DNA from: Marsupella aquatica
Lineage: Eukaryota > Plantae > Marchantiophyta
Direction of reading: 5' to 3'
Length of the DNA stretch: 64,000 nucleotides
NCBI GenBank assembly: GCA_973895155.1
Contig: OZ316891.1
Span: 14,601,037-14,665,036 of the forward strand
Positions 13,901-26,888 of this stretch are shown piece by piece. The notes below the pieces were generated by a model. That model was not told the origin of the DNA, made no database searches, and saw nothing but the letters and a program-made list of their open reading frames with translations. A program made the translations under genes and the position numbers. Positions within the stretch are counted from its first letter, which is position 1. Every line of letters begins with the position of its first letter.

Positions 13901-16900
13901 CGGAGTCAATGGATTCAAGACTGGGTCTTCCATGTAGTATCTGAACAAAAGATATTTGGGGTGTCAGCCATTGGATTGGAGAGCTCCTTGAAATAAATCG
14001 TGAGACACCTACAAATCATACACTGTAAGAGCAGGAAACAATTCTGTTTCGGCTCCTGATACATGTAATTTTGTTTACGGTATCATTAATGTGAAATCTG
14101 GTTTGACGTACTTGATAAGATGGCCAAGAGTAGTGTTGAAAGTTGGGTCGAACTCAGCGGTTTCCCGCAAGAAGGTCCCATCTGCCATCTGCCTGGCAGT
14201 GTACGAACGTCTTTCAGGAAGACCACATTGGGCAATCGCTAGAGCAGGGTCGTTGCCACTTGAATATGCCAGCATTGCTTCTTAGCATCCAAATGTTCAG
14301 GCACAACAAGGTACACGATCCAGTCAGTGATGTATAGATATATGCCGCAAGGGTGTCGTGGCCGCCCGCTGAGATTTCCTTTTTGAAAGAATGTACTACG
14401 TGGAAAAATGTCTTGAGCGCGAAACACTGAACTAGTTTTAAAAACTCCTTTTGCGCATACACCCATGAAAGTTGGCCAGTCAAATTGGAGCCAAGAATGA
14501 TTCAGGTGATGATACGGCTTTGTTGTTGTACCCTGTACGCATCTAACAAGACCCCACCTTTGGACTATCTAGACAGCACATCCGTGAACTTCATTAAAGC
14601 AGAAACCTTTCAAGCCAAAACTATGTGATGGAAAGTTCCTTGCATTGATAAAGAGCCTTTCATATTAGAGTGCTATCTTATAACCCAACTGACAAGACAA
14701 GGATGATAAGAAAGGTACCAGGATTGGGAGGGAGGTCCACAGTCAGGACGTCTACGGGCCAACCCTTATTGCCAACACCATCTTCCTTGTCATCACAAAC
14801 GTAATGACACGTCGTTTTGGGTTCTCCATCTCCCCACGCTTGCCTATGGTTGGGTTGTGGATAACAATGGGGTGAAATAGGCAGCATCCATAACGATGAA
14901 CTAAATGAGTTCGACATTACTCGAGCTGTTCCCTGCCAAGGCAAGACCTCAGACTATCATAAAAGAGGATGTCTGAAGCTAAGATCTTCCTAACATTCAA
15001 AGAGAACCTGACAGTACTACCCAGTTGATTCACCTACATTAGATTGCTTCAAGTACTCTCGAAATGTAATGGCAACTCTAAGGAAAAGCCTAAGAGATGA
15101 AGATCAAACCCTGCCAAGAAGCGTTCTGACTTTCCGACTAGCATGAATTAGGTGAAATAGTTGACCACCTCGCCAATTGGCAGTCCAAATGTTAATCCTG
15201 ATAGCATTGCTTTAATCGTCTCCGCTGAACCCAGTAAAGGTGCTCCTGTTAAGAACATTCATGGAATTGTTTAGAAAGACCATGAATTGAGCAGACAAAA
15301 ATTAACGCCCTGATAAGAATGACTACACAAGAGATCGACAGGGAAAATTATGTGTGTACACTGGAAACACCAGTGCCTCAAGATACAAGCGATCCAAAAG
15401 GGAACGGAGAGGAAGAAAGCAGACCAACAGCATAATACGCATGAACGTGATCATCCAGCCATGGCAAGTAATCCTTTGGTGCAACTTCTAACTTCAACCA
15501 TTCCAGAAAATAGCGGAATACATTATTGCCCAGCGAATGTGCAAAAACAATGGACGGCCCTCCTTTGAGCTTGCGTGTCGTTTCGAAAGTTATCCTGTCA
15601 CGGGATTATAGAACATGTTATGAGATTGACAAGAATTCAGTCTCCCTAGCGTAGACTTGATGAGGTTAATGAGCTCCTGAGGCTTCTCACTGTGTATTTC
15701 AGCTATCCGTATTCCCCCAATCATATTTGGAAAAGGGGAACACTGAAAGTCTTATGTCCATGAAAATTAACCAGAGATATGCAGGAACCGCGAAAATTGT
15801 TGAAGAGGTGGCGAGAAGTGGACAATCAAGAAAGCACCTACTTGAGCCTATCAAAGTACAAGTCCCGCTTCTCAAGAATGGACCCTGATAACCGCCAGTC
15901 ATAAGGCACTGCAATAATGGCATCTGCCTCGATCCCGAATTCAACGCACCAGTTTACCCACTCCCTCCACACTGATGACGCAGGACCTACAGTGGTCCAC
16001 ACAATTAAGTAAATACTACAATCTCGGAAGAACTTCAGTTATTTAGTCATGTGCAGATTCTCATTTCTAAGAATTGAGCAGCTCAAACCATCTCAAAATC
16101 GCAGATCTAAATTTCTTTTAGATCCTAATTGCTCAGTGCCTTTCCAGATTTTGAGGCATGTGCATGGTTCTTAAAGTGCGTCAACAAGCATCTAGAGTCC
16201 CAAGAAAACATTTCTCCTCACCGAAAGCACTCATTTGTTGTTCCAAACGTTCAAGTTGTATCAGTTAGTGCTGGCTTTGTTGTTCTTATAGTTATGTACT
16301 ATGCTATCTATATCAATTATCAGAACATATTTCGACAGTCGCTTGGGGCTTATACCAAAATAGGTCTTCAGGACTCACGTAGAGGTCCTGATAACTGATT
16401 AAAGGGTACAAAAACAGTACGCTTAACTTTGTAAGCCCGAGAAGTAAATTTGGACAGGGCGACCTATATATCGTCAAAAGATCAAGACACATCTCCAAAA
16501 GACATGGGCGCAGGAATGAACGAGGTCACACCTACCACATATCTGAGCTACCAGATCTTCAGGAACCACACGAGGTCCAATGTCGCAACTCGAAGGCTGC
16601 TACGTCTCCAATCTATTAAGCGACCGGTAGAATTCTAGCTCTACGCCTCAAATCTGCATATAAGCTTTGCCTTCCAGCTGCGCAAAATGGCATTCTTTCC
16701 TTGCTACTCTGGCCAAGTACGCTAGTGATCTTCAGTGAGGACTGCGAAAGTGATGAGTGGTACTGTTCCAATGTGTCGTACGGATTCTCAATTCTTTTAG
16801 ACCACTCAGCAACGCCTGCTTTTATACCAAGTTTTCATACATACTGACACCCTACATCTACATTTACGCTTTTCGAAGTAAAATTTCAAGACCAAAAAAG

Positions 16901-17712
16901 GGGGCCACAAACCTGTTAAATAACCCGGGTCCAGCTCAGTTATAGCAGAGAGGCCTGAATCAGGTCGTGATTTGCACTCCGGATGATCAGCTTGAGTGAC
17001 CGGATCGAGAACCATACACTTTAGCCAGCAATTCAACACCGACAGCACCTGCTTGAACAGCAATGTAGGCTCCACGGTTCAGCTTAATAACTGAATGGCC
17101 CGCCCTGTATTTGACTTTCACAATTTACTTCAAAACGTTCCGTTAAAGTGAATAAGCGTGAAGGATGGTGCATTCTTATTCACAAACGATTGCCTGATTT
17201 CAAGTCGAATTCCCTCGCGCAACATCGACTTATTTATTGAATCAGTTTCGCCATTCATCCGAACTAAGCGTCCTCCTATCTTTTGCCACTTGATGTCCGA
17301 TGTCATCATCATTTCATTCGATAGCTCTATGGGAATGAAGCTGTAGATTTGGACGAGAGGTGCGCCAAGGTTGCGAGCAAATTCTTAAAGGCAGGCAGGG
17401 AATAGAAGCTCTGACCTTTCTCACGTCGATCCAGACCGGATCCAACGGATTGAAGTTCAGGGGAGAGTATGGGCAATCGAGCAAAGTCCATGAACGCAGA
17501 CGCGTCGAAGCGAAGCCCGGAATAATCAAGCCTGACAACTTGCTGGCCCCAGCTCCCCAAATTCGCTTGTCTACGCCACTTGCCTCAACGTGTAAAATAG
17601 CTGCCGACAACATCCCGAGAAGGACCACCGCCACGGCAACGTGAAAGTACAAGCCATGGCGAACGGGGGGCCATTGGCGAGGCGGTCCTGGGGTAGAGAT
17701 TACAAATCCCAT
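10992..17712 (-). CDS. PSAT1: Phospholipid:sterol O-acyltransferase (LCAT family), 15 coding exons
   Basis: GT-AG exons 17712-17416, 17048-16913, 15986-15842, 15594-15425, 15245-15169, 14932-14719, 14280-14112, 13940-13841, 13443-13346, 13105-13054, 12481-12410, 12074-11906, 11663-11559, 11378-11294, 11082-10992. They encode KLSGLIIPGFAST, HPECKSRPDSGLSAITELDPGY, AVPYDWRL, catalytic AHSLG, PLTPWDRPPIKNV, VPYHSLS, DCYWDYG and FGDIHLGQSCRL, all diagnostic of plant PSAT1. Confidence 0.95.
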
Positions 17713-18559
17713 CGACTGCAATAACTTCCAGCAGCAAAAATTAATATCAACACGAAGCAGGCAGGCGGGCGGGGGCTAAACCGCGCACAACACTGCCTTG
17801 TCAGGGATGAGGATGATGGTGCCGATGACCGATTGACATCGAACCGATCATCGCTTCACGATGATGATGTTGGTTAAGTTGTTGACAGTGGATTCAAAGC
17901 GTCATTGTTTGAGCAGTAGCTGCAGTGATCACAAACATCGAGACGGAGCATCTCCAGTGGTCTTCGCTATACTCACCAATTCACTCCACAAAACAATAAT
18001 CTCTCTCGCTCGTTCCTCTCTCTCTCGCTCTAATCTTCAGGGAAATTACCACTCAACCTCTAAGCAGACCGAATGATGCACGCTACTGACTTCCGAACTA
18101 CGGCGGCAGTACATCTCCACTGCGCATCATCGAAGAAGCTAAACTTGGAGCTTTCCCCCTCTCCTTTTCAATCATCGCATCACATCATAATCACAGTCCG
18201 GATATAATATCTCCATCGTGCTTCGCGCCTTCCTCTTACCTCACAGCTGCCGCACATGCCTGCCTCCTTCCCATTCCTAAACCATTAAATTTTTTTTCCT
18301 GAATCCTCGAGGCTCGACCCGACCCGACGACGAAAAAGGTCCCTCCGCCCGAAGCGACGATGTTCTTCGTCTCCGCACCTGCGGCTGCTTCAGCTGCTGT
18401 CGCCTACAGAGCAACAAGCCGAGCTCGTTGCGATGCTCTCCATTCAGGGAATCCGGGAGAGTCATGAATTCATGATTGTCGCAGCTCGCTGCAATCGTAG
18501 TCTGCGATCGGAGCAGTGTGGGGGAGAGCAGAAGCCGCCATTGTCGTCAGCCCTTTCCT

Positions 18560-18930
18560 CTTCTTCGTCTCTCACTCTCACTCTCTCTCACTCTCACTCT
18601 CTCGTCCTGTTGCTTCGGACGTGTTCGACAATTATGACGGTGGAACGAAGGGAGGAAGGCCCGGCCCGGCCCGGCCCGGCCTGGGATGGGATGGGGCGGG
18701 ACCCGTCCCGTCGGGGCCGGGCCGGGTCGGGCTGCTTCCTGCCCTTCTTCGTTCACAAGTCATCAGACCGTCTGTCTGTCTCTGCGCGCATTGGCCCGCC
18801 TTCTGCCTCCGTCATCCGTCACGTGCCACGTACTCTGGAGTCTGACGTCGTTCGGCACTTTTTCGTGTTGGCCACGAGGTGGGGCGACCGGGTGTCCGAT
18901 GGGAGAGACTTTGCCCGGCCCGGCTCGCTC
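18560..18930. promoter_or_regulatory. GC-rich putative PSAT1 promoter with CT tract and GGCCC repeats
   Basis: (GGCCC)n at 18658-18681 and 18913-18924, CT-rich run at 18567-18603, high CpG density just upstream of the PSAT1 leader. Confidence 0.45.
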
Positions 18931-19220
18931 CGTCCTTCTTTCCATCCCACCTTGTGTGGTACTACTACCGTAGCCTGATTACCCTTCGATTACCCTGCCT
19001 TGACATAAAACACACGGGACATAAAACACACGAGTGATATGGCTTCTCCTTGGGTCCCCTTGGTTTTTGTTTTTTTGAGCCTTCCCCCTCTTTTCCTTCC
19101 CTTTATTGGGTTCCGTTGCCTTCCTTTCCCCCTCTTTTCCTCCCCTTTATTCGGTTCCGTTGCCTTTGGAATCATGTCTCCTGGTTCAGAGTTGTCTGCC
19201 TTTGTGCAGTGTGATATATT

Positions 19221-19444
19221 TAGTGATAAGGTACAGTGTATAATTTCCCCCATTGATAAGTAATATCCAACCCAACACGAGTGATAATGCACATTGCACA
19301 ATTTCTCCCATTGATAAGTAATATCCAACCCAACACGAGTGATTGGGCACATTACATAATTTCTTCCATTGATACGTAATATCCAACCAAACATGAGTGA
19401 TAAGGCACATTGCCTAATTTCCTTCATTGATAAGTAATATCCAA
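19221..19444. repeat. 58-bp tandem repeat, ~4 copies
   Basis: CATTGATA(A/C)GTAATATCCAA at 19251, 19309, 19367, 19425. Confidence 0.9.
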
Positions 19445-19563
19445 TGGATCCTAATTAGTAGATGATGTGGAATTTTCCCTTAATTTACAAATTTCCAAGT
19501 CTTTAACTGGACTGGTAATAAAGATAAGACAAAAACTTTTCCTGTAAAAAAGAGAATTTTCTG

Positions 19564-22500
19564 TGTTATGAGTTAACTAGTCCTTGACCAGACTAGGAGG
19601 TTACCTTTACCATGGTTACCTCAAGACACTATATATACACCCGGTTGATCCCTAACCGAGTGATTCATTCATTCATTCATACATTCATTAATACATTCAT
19701 TCAATCTCTCTCCCTCTCCAACTATGTATGAATCCTATATCACAACACGTTATCAGCACGTAGATTCTACCATTATGAGAGAGACAATTCTCCCCTTTAC
19801 CTACGTGAAATTGAATGCAAAATTTTTCACACCATGGCTTGATCAAATGTCTCACCCCTTTAAGAAATCATATGATTTGTTTTGCTTACCATGCAATTCT
19901 ACAAAGGAATTGAACCTCATTGGTGAAGATGTTCTCTGGACGGATGAACTCCAAGATAAAATCTGATGAGAGGAGAAAGGTGCAAGAAAGATACAAGCAT
20001 AGGGAATTAAAAACAGGAATTTCAGAATCTTGAGAATAGAAGTGAGAGTTTTTTTTTGTTAACCAAGATTTTGTGTGCACTTTCTCGAGAACCAAGCAAG
20101 GAGTTTCTTTCTCAACAGAAATTAATAGAAGCCGCATCCGTGTCGCACTTTTCAATAGAGCGCTTACAGTCCTGGAAATAACTCCTGGCCTTGAGAGGGT
20201 AGAGGAGACGAGCTTACAATCGTAATGAAATTAACATGATTGAACGACTCCAGGAGACAGAGCCAAAGAGCAATCCAATTTCATGGCAGACTGAATAAGA
20301 AGAGAAAAGCCACACTGAGAACGAGATCAAACAAAAGTAGAGCTCCATAGCCAAATCGATTGTAAGCAAAGGATCAAAGAGTGGCCATAACTTTGTAGGA
20401 TGCATAGCCACTATCGCCAAAGACCAAAGGGAACAAAGTTCTGAAGAAGGCCAAAGACCAAAGTTGCAGCCCACCATAGCCGAATCTGAGCAAAATTACA
20501 GCGAGATCCGATTCGACTGAACCGTTCCACCGGAGAGGCACCAAAGGAGCATAAGTTACCACGATGATACTCTCATTGGAGTAGAACTGAAACGCAAGGA
20601 GCAATTGTCAACGGAAGCCTAAAGTCGACGAATATCAACCCCCTGGTTCCCTCGAAGAAAACACAAAGGAAAGTGAAAACTCCTTAACTGCAAACTCATA
20701 CAAAGAAAAAATAATTTACAAAAACACTGTGCACTTAAACAAAAACAAAGGATTTCATTCCTGCAAAGGGAATTTACACTTAAACATCTGAAAGTGCCAC
20801 CACAATATGAATGCAAAACAAGACAAGGAAATCTTTCCTTTATAATCTAAGCTCAAAATTATCCAAAGATAAGGCTCAGATCAAAATCAAGTTACTTATT
20901 CAAACTAAGTGACAAAAGGCATAAAGCACCTCTAAATGCAATGAACATACTGCTAGTAGGTCCAGTTCACCCTTGAACTCCATTCATAAGAGCAAGACAA
21001 AAGTGCACATTCATATTCTAAACTTCCAACAAGCGCACTCAACCATAAACCAAACTTAATAGTGAATACAATATATGCCAAGCGCACAAATGACCACAAT
21101 GAATCTGGCCTAAGAATCTCCCAAATACACCACATGCACTTCATTTTGAGAACATAAACAAAATTAAAAGAATCCCTTGATTCCTGAAGCCTCAAGCATG
21201 CCTCAAATGTGCTATTCTTCTTGTTAACTCTAATGAAGAATGAACAAGGCATAAATCTAGAATGACTAAACATTCATAGCCCGTCCTGCGGCTAGTCAAG
21301 AAACCTCAATTTCCAGCATCCAAGCTAATAATGCCTTCTTCAACTCCCGCTTCAACTGAAGAGACCCATGCCCAGATTTCCATCAGAATGTTTATCTATA
21401 CAACTGTTACTAGGCCATTCCTATAGAGAACCAAGCGACCTTATATAGGTCATACATACACATTAGCAACTTTGCATCTATCACATGTCCAAAAATGACT
21501 TACAAGAAAGTTATCATTACATCTTTGCACATAGACTTGGGTTTGACGTAACTTACCCTTCTTAAACATGTTTACACCCATTACTACCATTAGGGGGAGA
21601 ATGTACCTACTTCATACATGCCAATATCCCATTGAATCCCTACACCTTCCGGTGTACTACCTCACAGACACTATCCATTGTGGATTACAAAGTCATGGCA
21701 ACATACATGACTTTACACACAGTGATTAAGACCCAAAACCAGAATCTTATACTTTGATTAAAGTTTTATACACTTTTAGCATGCACGCCTTTACAACTTG
21801 TACAGAAGTAAGACCACAAACCTCATCCCTTCGGACCTAGGATCATGTTCACCAGACAAAATGAAAACACTTACTCTAAGACACTGGACTAGGATAAGGG
21901 AATTGGAAAACTAACAATGTTAAAGGTATGGTACAGATGTTTGGATTATGGGCAAAGCCCCTAACCTCATCTACTCAAGACCCAATGCGGGGTTAATATG
22001 GGCAAAGCCCATAATCTACCTTGATACACTCTTCATTTTGGGGAACAGAATAACATCGCGGACCAATGACACATTCATCTTTGTGTATTACTATTAAACA
22101 AATCTCTTAGATTGAAACTAAAATTAAGACAATTTTCATCCCCACACCCAACATAGAATTAACAGGAAAACAAAATGAATTAGATGCAGACCAAGGGAAA
22201 GAAACTCAATTCTCTCAAAACTTATCTATTGAAGAACTTGAGCCCACCTACACCACAATTGTACGTACAACTAGTACTTGGAAACTAAACAGAGACTATC
22301 CTCATATATCTCTATACGAGGCGCCAAATAGTTTAGGGGGAGCATCTTATCTCCACAAGTTACTTTAACTTAAAATCTCCCTACATGGCTATCCCATGTC
22401 TCAATAATATTTTGAATCTACTTACATGACCTGCTACCCCATGTCTTGACACACTTGTCAAACTACCCCGTGATATTTGCAGACGTGCAGGCAGACGTGC

Positions 22501-23727
22501 CACTCACGGGAGACATAACTTAACCGACACCCTCTGGTGTGATTCTGGTTCATACACCCTCTGGTGTAGCTTGAGACCTAACACCCTCTGGTGTCAACAA
22601 CCCTGTGTCCACTAGCACCTCTGTGCCTCCTGACACCTTCGTGTCCATCAGCACCACTATACTCTCAAATGAGCTTATTGCCATAGACTCTCCCATGATA
22701 ACATTGCCCCATCCTACCCACATATGGGTCTTTTATCTTGACTTTAGGCATTTCTAAATATGGTACTTACACCATACCAAACTAGGACTTTTCTATCATT
22801 TTTATAATAATACATGATTAGCATACGTTGATGCAATATGTCTACTCCACACTTTCAAAAACTCCCATTTAGCAATTGGGCTAATTAGCACCTTCAGTAT
22901 CAATCCAGTGATCTGAAACATATAGGATAATGCCACTGCATCCCCACACAACCCACATTAATTATCTTAATACCCCTGGTATTAGATAGCATAAGCCATA
23001 CTAAAACATGACATGGTTCCTCCAGCTACTAACCAAACTACTAATTATTTGGAACTTAGATTGTTTATTTGATGCAAGGCCATACAGGTGACCCAAATTT
23101 CAAATGCAAAGAACTAGACAAAGTTTTTCATGAAGGCATTGACCCCTCCTGTCCACAGACACCACTGCCATGCAATTGAACCCCGAAGCTTACACCGCCT
23201 GATTACTACTGATTGACACACACCACCATTGTGGTTCAACTCTCACATCTCACCAAGAGGACCAACCGCCTGTACTCTTTTTCCTTTAGGATATATTTTA
23301 TTTTTTCTCTACTACCCTGGTAGAGTTGTTTTTTACCTCAATCTAGCACCGCTAAAGGTGTTAACGAGGCAGTCCACCTCTTTGGTCAATCAAACATACA
23401 TGTCTATAAGCATGCAAACACTTTTTACTATCACTGAAACTCATCCCGTGCAAGTCTATAAGCATGGTGATAGATTTTTCTTACCTAGTTCTAGGACTAG
23501 TCTAGATTGTCTCCATAACTCCCATTATGTAACCAAGGGGGAGTGTTATGAGATAACTAGTCCTAGACCAGACTAGGAGGTTACCTTTACCATGGTTACC
23601 TCAAGACACTATATATACACCCGGTTGATCCCCAACCGAGTGATTCATTCATTCATTCATACATTCATTAATACATTCATTCAATCTCTCTCCCTCTCCA
23701 ACTATGTATGAATCCTATATCACAACA
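19564..23727 (+). mobile_element. Non-autonomous Ty1/copia-type LTR retrotransposon with half-tRNA-Ile PBS (Bianca/Lyco-like)
   Basis: 184-bp TG..CA LTRs at 19564-19747 and 23544-23727 (3 mismatches), TTCTG TSD (19559-19563, 23728-23732), PBS CGTTATCAGCACG at 19748-19760, PPT AAGGGGGAG at 23535-23543. The interior has no intact ORF. Confidence 0.93.
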
Positions 23728-26700
23728 TTCTGCTTATTTTTGCCACCATCTGCACTTTTTGTTCAGATTTGTCCTTATTGAGAGTTATTGTCTAGAGCCC
23801 AGCCTAGAGGCTTCACTCTAGACCATGGGGTGCTCTAATCAAATAGTGCGCCTGGGGCATTGTATTAGAGTTTTGACTAGTGTTTTCATGTTTTGTAATT
23901 GCAGGGTGTTGTGTTTGAATATTGACATTGTCATATGATTCATATTTGTTTTAATACTTGCGCTCAACATAGAACAGTTTAGGGTCAAATCTCAAACAGA
24001 TCGTCCAATTCAAACACAATGCATTGCCATATTTGAACACAACACCCTGGTGCTGAGTTAAAATAACATTGTGTTTAAAGAAAGAGTACTTTTTCTTATG
24101 GAGACACTAAAAAGTTCATTTTCTTACACAACTCCCGAACCCTGTGTTTGGGGAAAGATCCCGCATAACAAGCTTTTATAAAAAAAATCACTGATATTGC
24201 AAGATTTAAGTAGCTCATCCCACTAATAGTTATGCTCGAGCTATCTGCCCATTTCTCATTGACTATGCAAATGCCCAGTGCACAAATGGGGCTGCCTGCG
24301 AGGCCTCTGAGCTCGTAACCCCCAATCCACCAAAGGTAATTAATTAGGCTTAATTAATGACAACCCGCTAGTCTGATCCGATCAAAAGACATGTTTTGTA
24401 TTAGCTGCCTCTAAGGATTGACAAATTAAGTGTTTCTAATAACACAGGTTCACCAGATCAAAATGGCCACAACGTTGGTAGTACTATCATGGTTCCCCCA
24501 TAGGCTATAGCACCCAATGATTGTCCAGCTAACCCAGTACCTACTATTTAAAGGGACTTTACGAGAAGGAGAGGACACCAATTGAGTGGTCACTTTAAAG
24601 ATTTTTTGCCTTTTAGATTTACTTGTACAGGTCATATCAACTGACCAGTCTGCTCTGGCATTACATGAAATTGAGAGGTTGCTTTGTAATCGACTTCTCC
24701 CAATCCTATGTGAACTACTGTACAGTGGGTCTACCAAAATGTTTAATATGTGGACAGTGTACTTTGGCCAAAGTTTAGACCACCAGAGGTGGTATTTTGA
24801 AAGGACCTCTCTTGCTCTCAGCTCATTCAGTCAACAGTATTAAATGCATTATGTGACCTCCTCTTTTGATCAGGAGAGTCTATAGGGACCTATGGGTCAA
24901 GTATGGTAAAAACACAAATGCTCTCAACTTTTATAGTCTTGTTTTTGTAAAGTTCCCCTTACTATCATATCGTTTGGTCAACCCGGCCATTCCCCCTACA
25001 GACAGATGGGCAGACAGAAGGAAGGACTTAATGTTACTGTAGAACCCACAATAGAGCCCTCATTAGCTTGGGAAATGGAGCTTCCCTGGTTTCGGACCTC
25101 GTGTCAATTCCTATGAAGTTCCTTGTTCAGTCTTCTCTTCCTAATCTACTTTTGAGTAGCCCATGCAATTGATGTTGCATTCTCCACCTCAATTAGCTTG
25201 CATCAATTAGACAGCCAGTAAGGTTTGGTTGCATCTATCATAATGGTTCTTTCCAACAAACTGTCTTGCGTTTTAAAGCTTAGTTTGTTGCCCTGCTAGT
25301 TAAACCAAAAACATCCCTCTAGATAGGATTGTTGATTTCCAATATGCTTGCACAACAAGAGTTTGTCTAGTTGGTGAGCTTAATGTATTTTATGCTATAT
25401 TACACATAATGTCATTGTAATTTGACAATGATACACAAGCCTTGAAATGGCAGAGTCCTTAAAAAGCTTGGCCAGACATTTTGGTAATCTTGACTTTGTT
25501 AGGAATCTTGATCCAACAGAAGAGAATTCTTGAAAAGTTAAATCTTACCATCAAAGATCAGGAGCCAAAAACAAACTTTAGTGCGATAACTGACAAAAAT
25601 CCAATGCAAATGCATCTGGCATTTATCCATCAGATACTCTAGCTGTGATTCAAAGGCAGGAAGAAAAACTTAATACTACATCTTGAAAGCTTGCTTTGTC
25701 TCCAAAGTATCATGAATAGGGAAGTGGGAGCAACCCTTTCTATAAGTCATATATTATTTAGTGAGGCAAGTGACTACCTTTACAAAAACTCGTCACTCTG
25801 CATTTTGGCTGTAAATGTACTGTCATATTTGTGTTGCATGTCATGAATCAAGAAAGCTACGTCTATACATCTATTCTGCAAATCACTAGGGCCCCAAATT
25901 GGTAGTCTTGGAGTCCAAATTCATCAGTCATTTCCGTCTGCCTGGTCAAAGAGAAGATTCCTAATATATATGACAACGTCTATTAATCTGGGGGATCTTT
26001 TCTCTTGATTGACTAAGCTTTAACTGTATGACACATTGTGACAACTATCCAGAAGTTTGGGGTAGATATGAAATCACCCTTAGGCCCAAACGATTGTTAG
26101 TAGCCAAGAAGGGATGGAGTTTGACTAGAAGACGGATATCCAAGCGACAAATAGGATATCCATAAAGCAGAAGCTGCCTTCAGCAAACGTGAATGACAGT
26201 TGAATTTGAGAGCTGAAACATTATATGTCTACCTTAGGTCGATCACGTGGTGGTCCCCTCCCCTACGATGAGAAGTACCGGTAGAGAAGGCAAGGAAGTG
26301 ACTGCTATTTTCGCTTTAAGGAAGCAACGACATCCCTCTACTCTGAGAATTTGCAGTTTTCCACAATCTAATCAAGGTGGATTCTGGATGTCTGCTCAAG
26401 TTTCAAGGACCACAGATACACGGACCAAGTAACACTCAACAGTTCTGTTCCCATGAACGTGCTGCACTTTTACAGAAATGACTTTAACATCCTACTCAGA
26501 CCGGCTTCGTGCTGGCATTCGAAGGAGACACTTCACAACGGCTGCAACACAGACTAGCTTCGCTCTATTTCCAAAACTCCTAGCTCCACAGGAGTTTGGT
26601 TGAGGGTTCAAAATATCTGGACTCCAACAAACATGCCCAACTGATCAGGTAACAACCCAGCCTTGGGGGGTCTACAGATAATCGAAAGGTTCCGGTCCCT

Positions 26701-26888
26701 CTTGCTGTCAGGCTCCCTGAAGCAAATACATCCATCGTTTTAGGTCGAAAAATGAAATGCACTTTTCGTAGGTACTGAGGTGCTTTGACCGGGCACCTGG
26801 ACTTAACTCTAGAACACAAAGACTCTGCAGTTCCTGACGCTACGCATCCTATTGACACCAACTAACATACTCCACTGTGAGAGTTAGA

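Noticed and set aside
18433-18978. 181-aa ORF and overlapping ORFs in the GC-rich block
   Set aside because: Low-complexity translations of GGCCC and CT repeats open in several frames, with no recognisable domain.
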